A DNA stretch of 64,000 nucleotides from Podarcis bocagei (Eukaryota), in NCBI GenBank assembly GCA_964188305.1, contig OZ076887.1; one strand, written 5' to 3'. Numbering within the stretch: position 1 is the stretch's first letter; each line of letters opens with the position of its first letter. Made by a program: the position numbers and the translations under genes. The notes under the pieces are model-generated. The model saw only the letters and a program-made list of their open reading frames with translations, was not told the DNA's origin and did not search any database. Below, in pieces: positions 61,091 through 64,000 of the stretch.

Positions 61091-64000
61091 TTAATGATCA
61101 TATATTAGCATTTTATCTTGAGAAGGATCCCTGAAACGCATAGGCCCTTGATTTATGAGCAATGTTGCATAAGCTTCTGTACAGATGTGACACACATTCC
61201 TAATGACAAAGCCTTGATACAGAAGGAGAGGCTGGGTACAGAAGGTTCAGACATAACTCCGTTGAGACTTCCGTGGGTGAGGTGACAGAGCTGTGAAAGG
61301 ACACTGAAAAGGTAGTACTTGCTCAAGGTTTAGACGTATCTGGTGGCCTCACCTATATGAGCAGACACATAAAAGGAAAGTCTTGGCATACAGCTGCCGT
61401 ACCTAGTCATGCACTGAAAAATGGCTGGGAAATGTTCCACCAAAACCACTTCATTTTGAACTTCTGCATCCTTATGGGGAAAGGAAGCAAGTGTGAGGGA
61501 CGTTTGATGGTGCTGCGCTCCTATGCTCACTTGGAGGCAAGCCCCACAAAAGCTGAGTTGGGGGTTGCTTTTGAGTCCTCCTGCACTGGATTGGGTGAGA
61601 AAATGCACTCATTGGCTACTCAAATCAACGGACTGTATTTTGCACTTGAGCATATGGGACTCTTCCCACATTCCTAACGTCACAGGAAGCAGAGTCAATT
61701 CTTAGATGAGAGTTGGCCTAAAACCTCTAAGAGAAAATAATTTTCTGACAGGTTTGTGGAGAGTTGTCTTTTGCAGACTCCCCTAAACCATGACGCTTGA
61801 AGGAAGTAATGGGCTGTCTTCCAGTCCTCCTCTTTTAGGGTTAGGGTTAGGTGAGTGAACCAAACCAAACCTTTTCCTTGCACACCCTTTGATACCTCCT
61901 GGGCCAATTCTACCCCCCTGCCCCAATTGCTTTAGGATAAATGACCTTCCTACATTTGCTGCCCACAAATAGGGTAAATAACTTTGGGAGGCAGTTTTTG
62001 CTCATAGTTTTCTTGTCTCAAAAGCTCCATTGTGTCTCCTGGCTAATCTCTGGTGCTATAAAAGGCCAAACACAGACGCTGAAGTGAACATTGCACTGGA
62101 ACTGCTGAAAGCCCGTGATTTTGCTCTCCTGTATAGTCTCTATTAAAATTTTAATGTTGTGGAATCAATGTGAGTCTCTGATCAGGCACTGGGAAATAAA
62201 AATACATTTAGAAAGCAGCGATGGTGCTCCAGCTGTTTCATACTCCTTGCTGCCTAACTCATGGTAAAGTCATGGAAACGGCTTCTGCCTAGGTGGTGTC
62301 GTTTAAGGAGCAAAGCCTGCCTCTGCCAGTGTTTCCATTTATTTCTGGTGATACGGAAACCTCCGTCTGTGCCTCGGCTAACAAAGCATATGTGTTGGTA
62401 AGCTTTATCTCACCAAGTATAAATACTACGAGCTATTTTACAGTATTGTGACTGAAATCTTTTATTGCACACCTCTGCTGGGTGTGTAACAGGATTTAGT
62501 TTCATTTCCCTAATGAAAGACCCTGGATAAGTAGCTCTGCTGCTGAGAGTTGTGACATGCTACAAATGTGGCGTAGAACCTTCACAAACAAGTAATGGTA
62601 TAAGACATAGCTCATTCTATGCTTCTAAGGTTGCCATTCATATTCCTCTACTTTCGGTGGTGGTGATGCAGGGGGGGGGGAGGTCTGTTTTTAAGGAAGC
62701 TTTTCATGAGCTTTCCCCCACAGCTGTAACACAAAAGGATGCTGTACTGGAGAAGCTCCTGGCTAGTGCTTTTTCTTCCAGGAGTGGGTTGGACTGCGAG
62801 GCTCTGCAGTGTGCCTTGATGTTAATCACGCACATGAACCAGCCAATCTGCAGTGGATTGTAATAACAGCACAGGAACTTGGCTGTTTTAGCAGATGACC
62901 ATTCTTTTAAGCTCAGGTATCTTACAGCGTGTTAAGTTGTACTTTTTAATTGCCCCTTGGGGTCATCAGAGACAGTATAACATGCTCCCTGCTGTGAGCA
63001 AGTGGGACTTTCAGGCACAGCATCCACCAAACTATAATGAACTGAACACTGCCTCTGATTCGGTGAGCAGGCACACTTTTTTCAAATGAAGCCTTTTTTT
63101 ATAGCTGCCTTATGAACTCAAGAAAAAATATATAAATACCTTCAGTGGCTGTGACGGCTGGAAGTAGGCCCAATACTTTTATCTGTTTGAGCTGCACTTC
63201 AAAGTTCTTGGTTGTCCCGTGATGGGAGCAAGACACATTACTGTACAGTGGGGATCCATGATTAGATTTGTCCAACTGTAATTTGCAGCTAAGGATTCAA
63301 GGCCATTCCCCATTGATTTACTGCTCCTCCAGAAAACAAGTATCTGTGGAAAGTGGATCTCTTTTCTCTATCACTCAGGAAGGTCAGATTTCTTCATTTA
63401 TACATCAATTCCAATTGAATCGATGAGCCTTATGCAGTGCAATCGTGTACAGGATTGCACCTGCATTTATTTAGTAGCTATAAGTTCTTGAGCGAGGCAA
63501 GAGACACAAACCAAGCTTCCTCCTCGTTTGCTCTGCTCATGGGAACGAATGTGAGCACGAGGTTTGTATTCCCATATATACAGCTTCCATGGGGGTGATC
63601 TATTGCCTCAAAGTGTCAGTGGGGAAACAAGGATTATTAGTGGTCAACTGCAATAGTGGTGTGGTCTCCTAATTTGTAGCACCATGGTTATGCAATAGAA
63701 TCACAGGCATTACCCTCTCCACTAATGCTTTTCTTTCTGCTGCCTGTGCTCAAGCAAGAGCAATTCTGGGCCCCAGTTCATTGCAGGATATTTTGACAGA
63801 CTGTTTCAGTTCCGATAGCATGATAAGATAAGCTGGGAAATATGCTGAAGCATGGATTGATGGTATGTTTGAGTCTGAGAATGCACTGAAGTTGGCAAGT
63901 AATTTTTACATCATATGCTCAAGTCCTGATTTTTCTCTGTGTGGATATTGACTCTTGTCAAAACAATGACTTAGAGAGTTGGCTACTGTGGTTGTTCTAA

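Overview
Vertebrate genomic DNA. The SINE families present point to a squamate, probably a lacertid lizard (inference). Two protein-coding genes can be reconstructed with GT-AG, phase-consistent exons. PCARE (C2orf71) is on the minus strand with 2 coding exons (14935-11190 and 7111-6982, 1291 aa). CLIP4 is on the plus strand with 15 coding exons (28698-57660, 2106 nt, 701 aa: ankyrin repeats plus three CAP-Gly domains), transcribed from a CpG island at about 21550-22730. A well-formed minus-strand poly(A) site at about 61025 probably ends the next gene, ALK by recalled human synteny; no ALK coding sequence was found. The rest is intron or intergenic DNA with Sauria/Squam SINEs, CR1, L2 and L1 fragments and several MITE families. 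Almost all short ORFs in the track are exon fragments, antisense frames or repeats. I found no convincing new biological system. The most unusual structures are fold-back rearrangements: a 108-bp inverted triplication upstream of PCARE, a MITE with an internal inverted duplication of about 141 bp, and an inverted MITE pair in CLIP4 intron 1. Candidate CRX/NRL photoreceptor regulatory elements are also noted. Gene and repeat names come from recalled sequences, not database searches.
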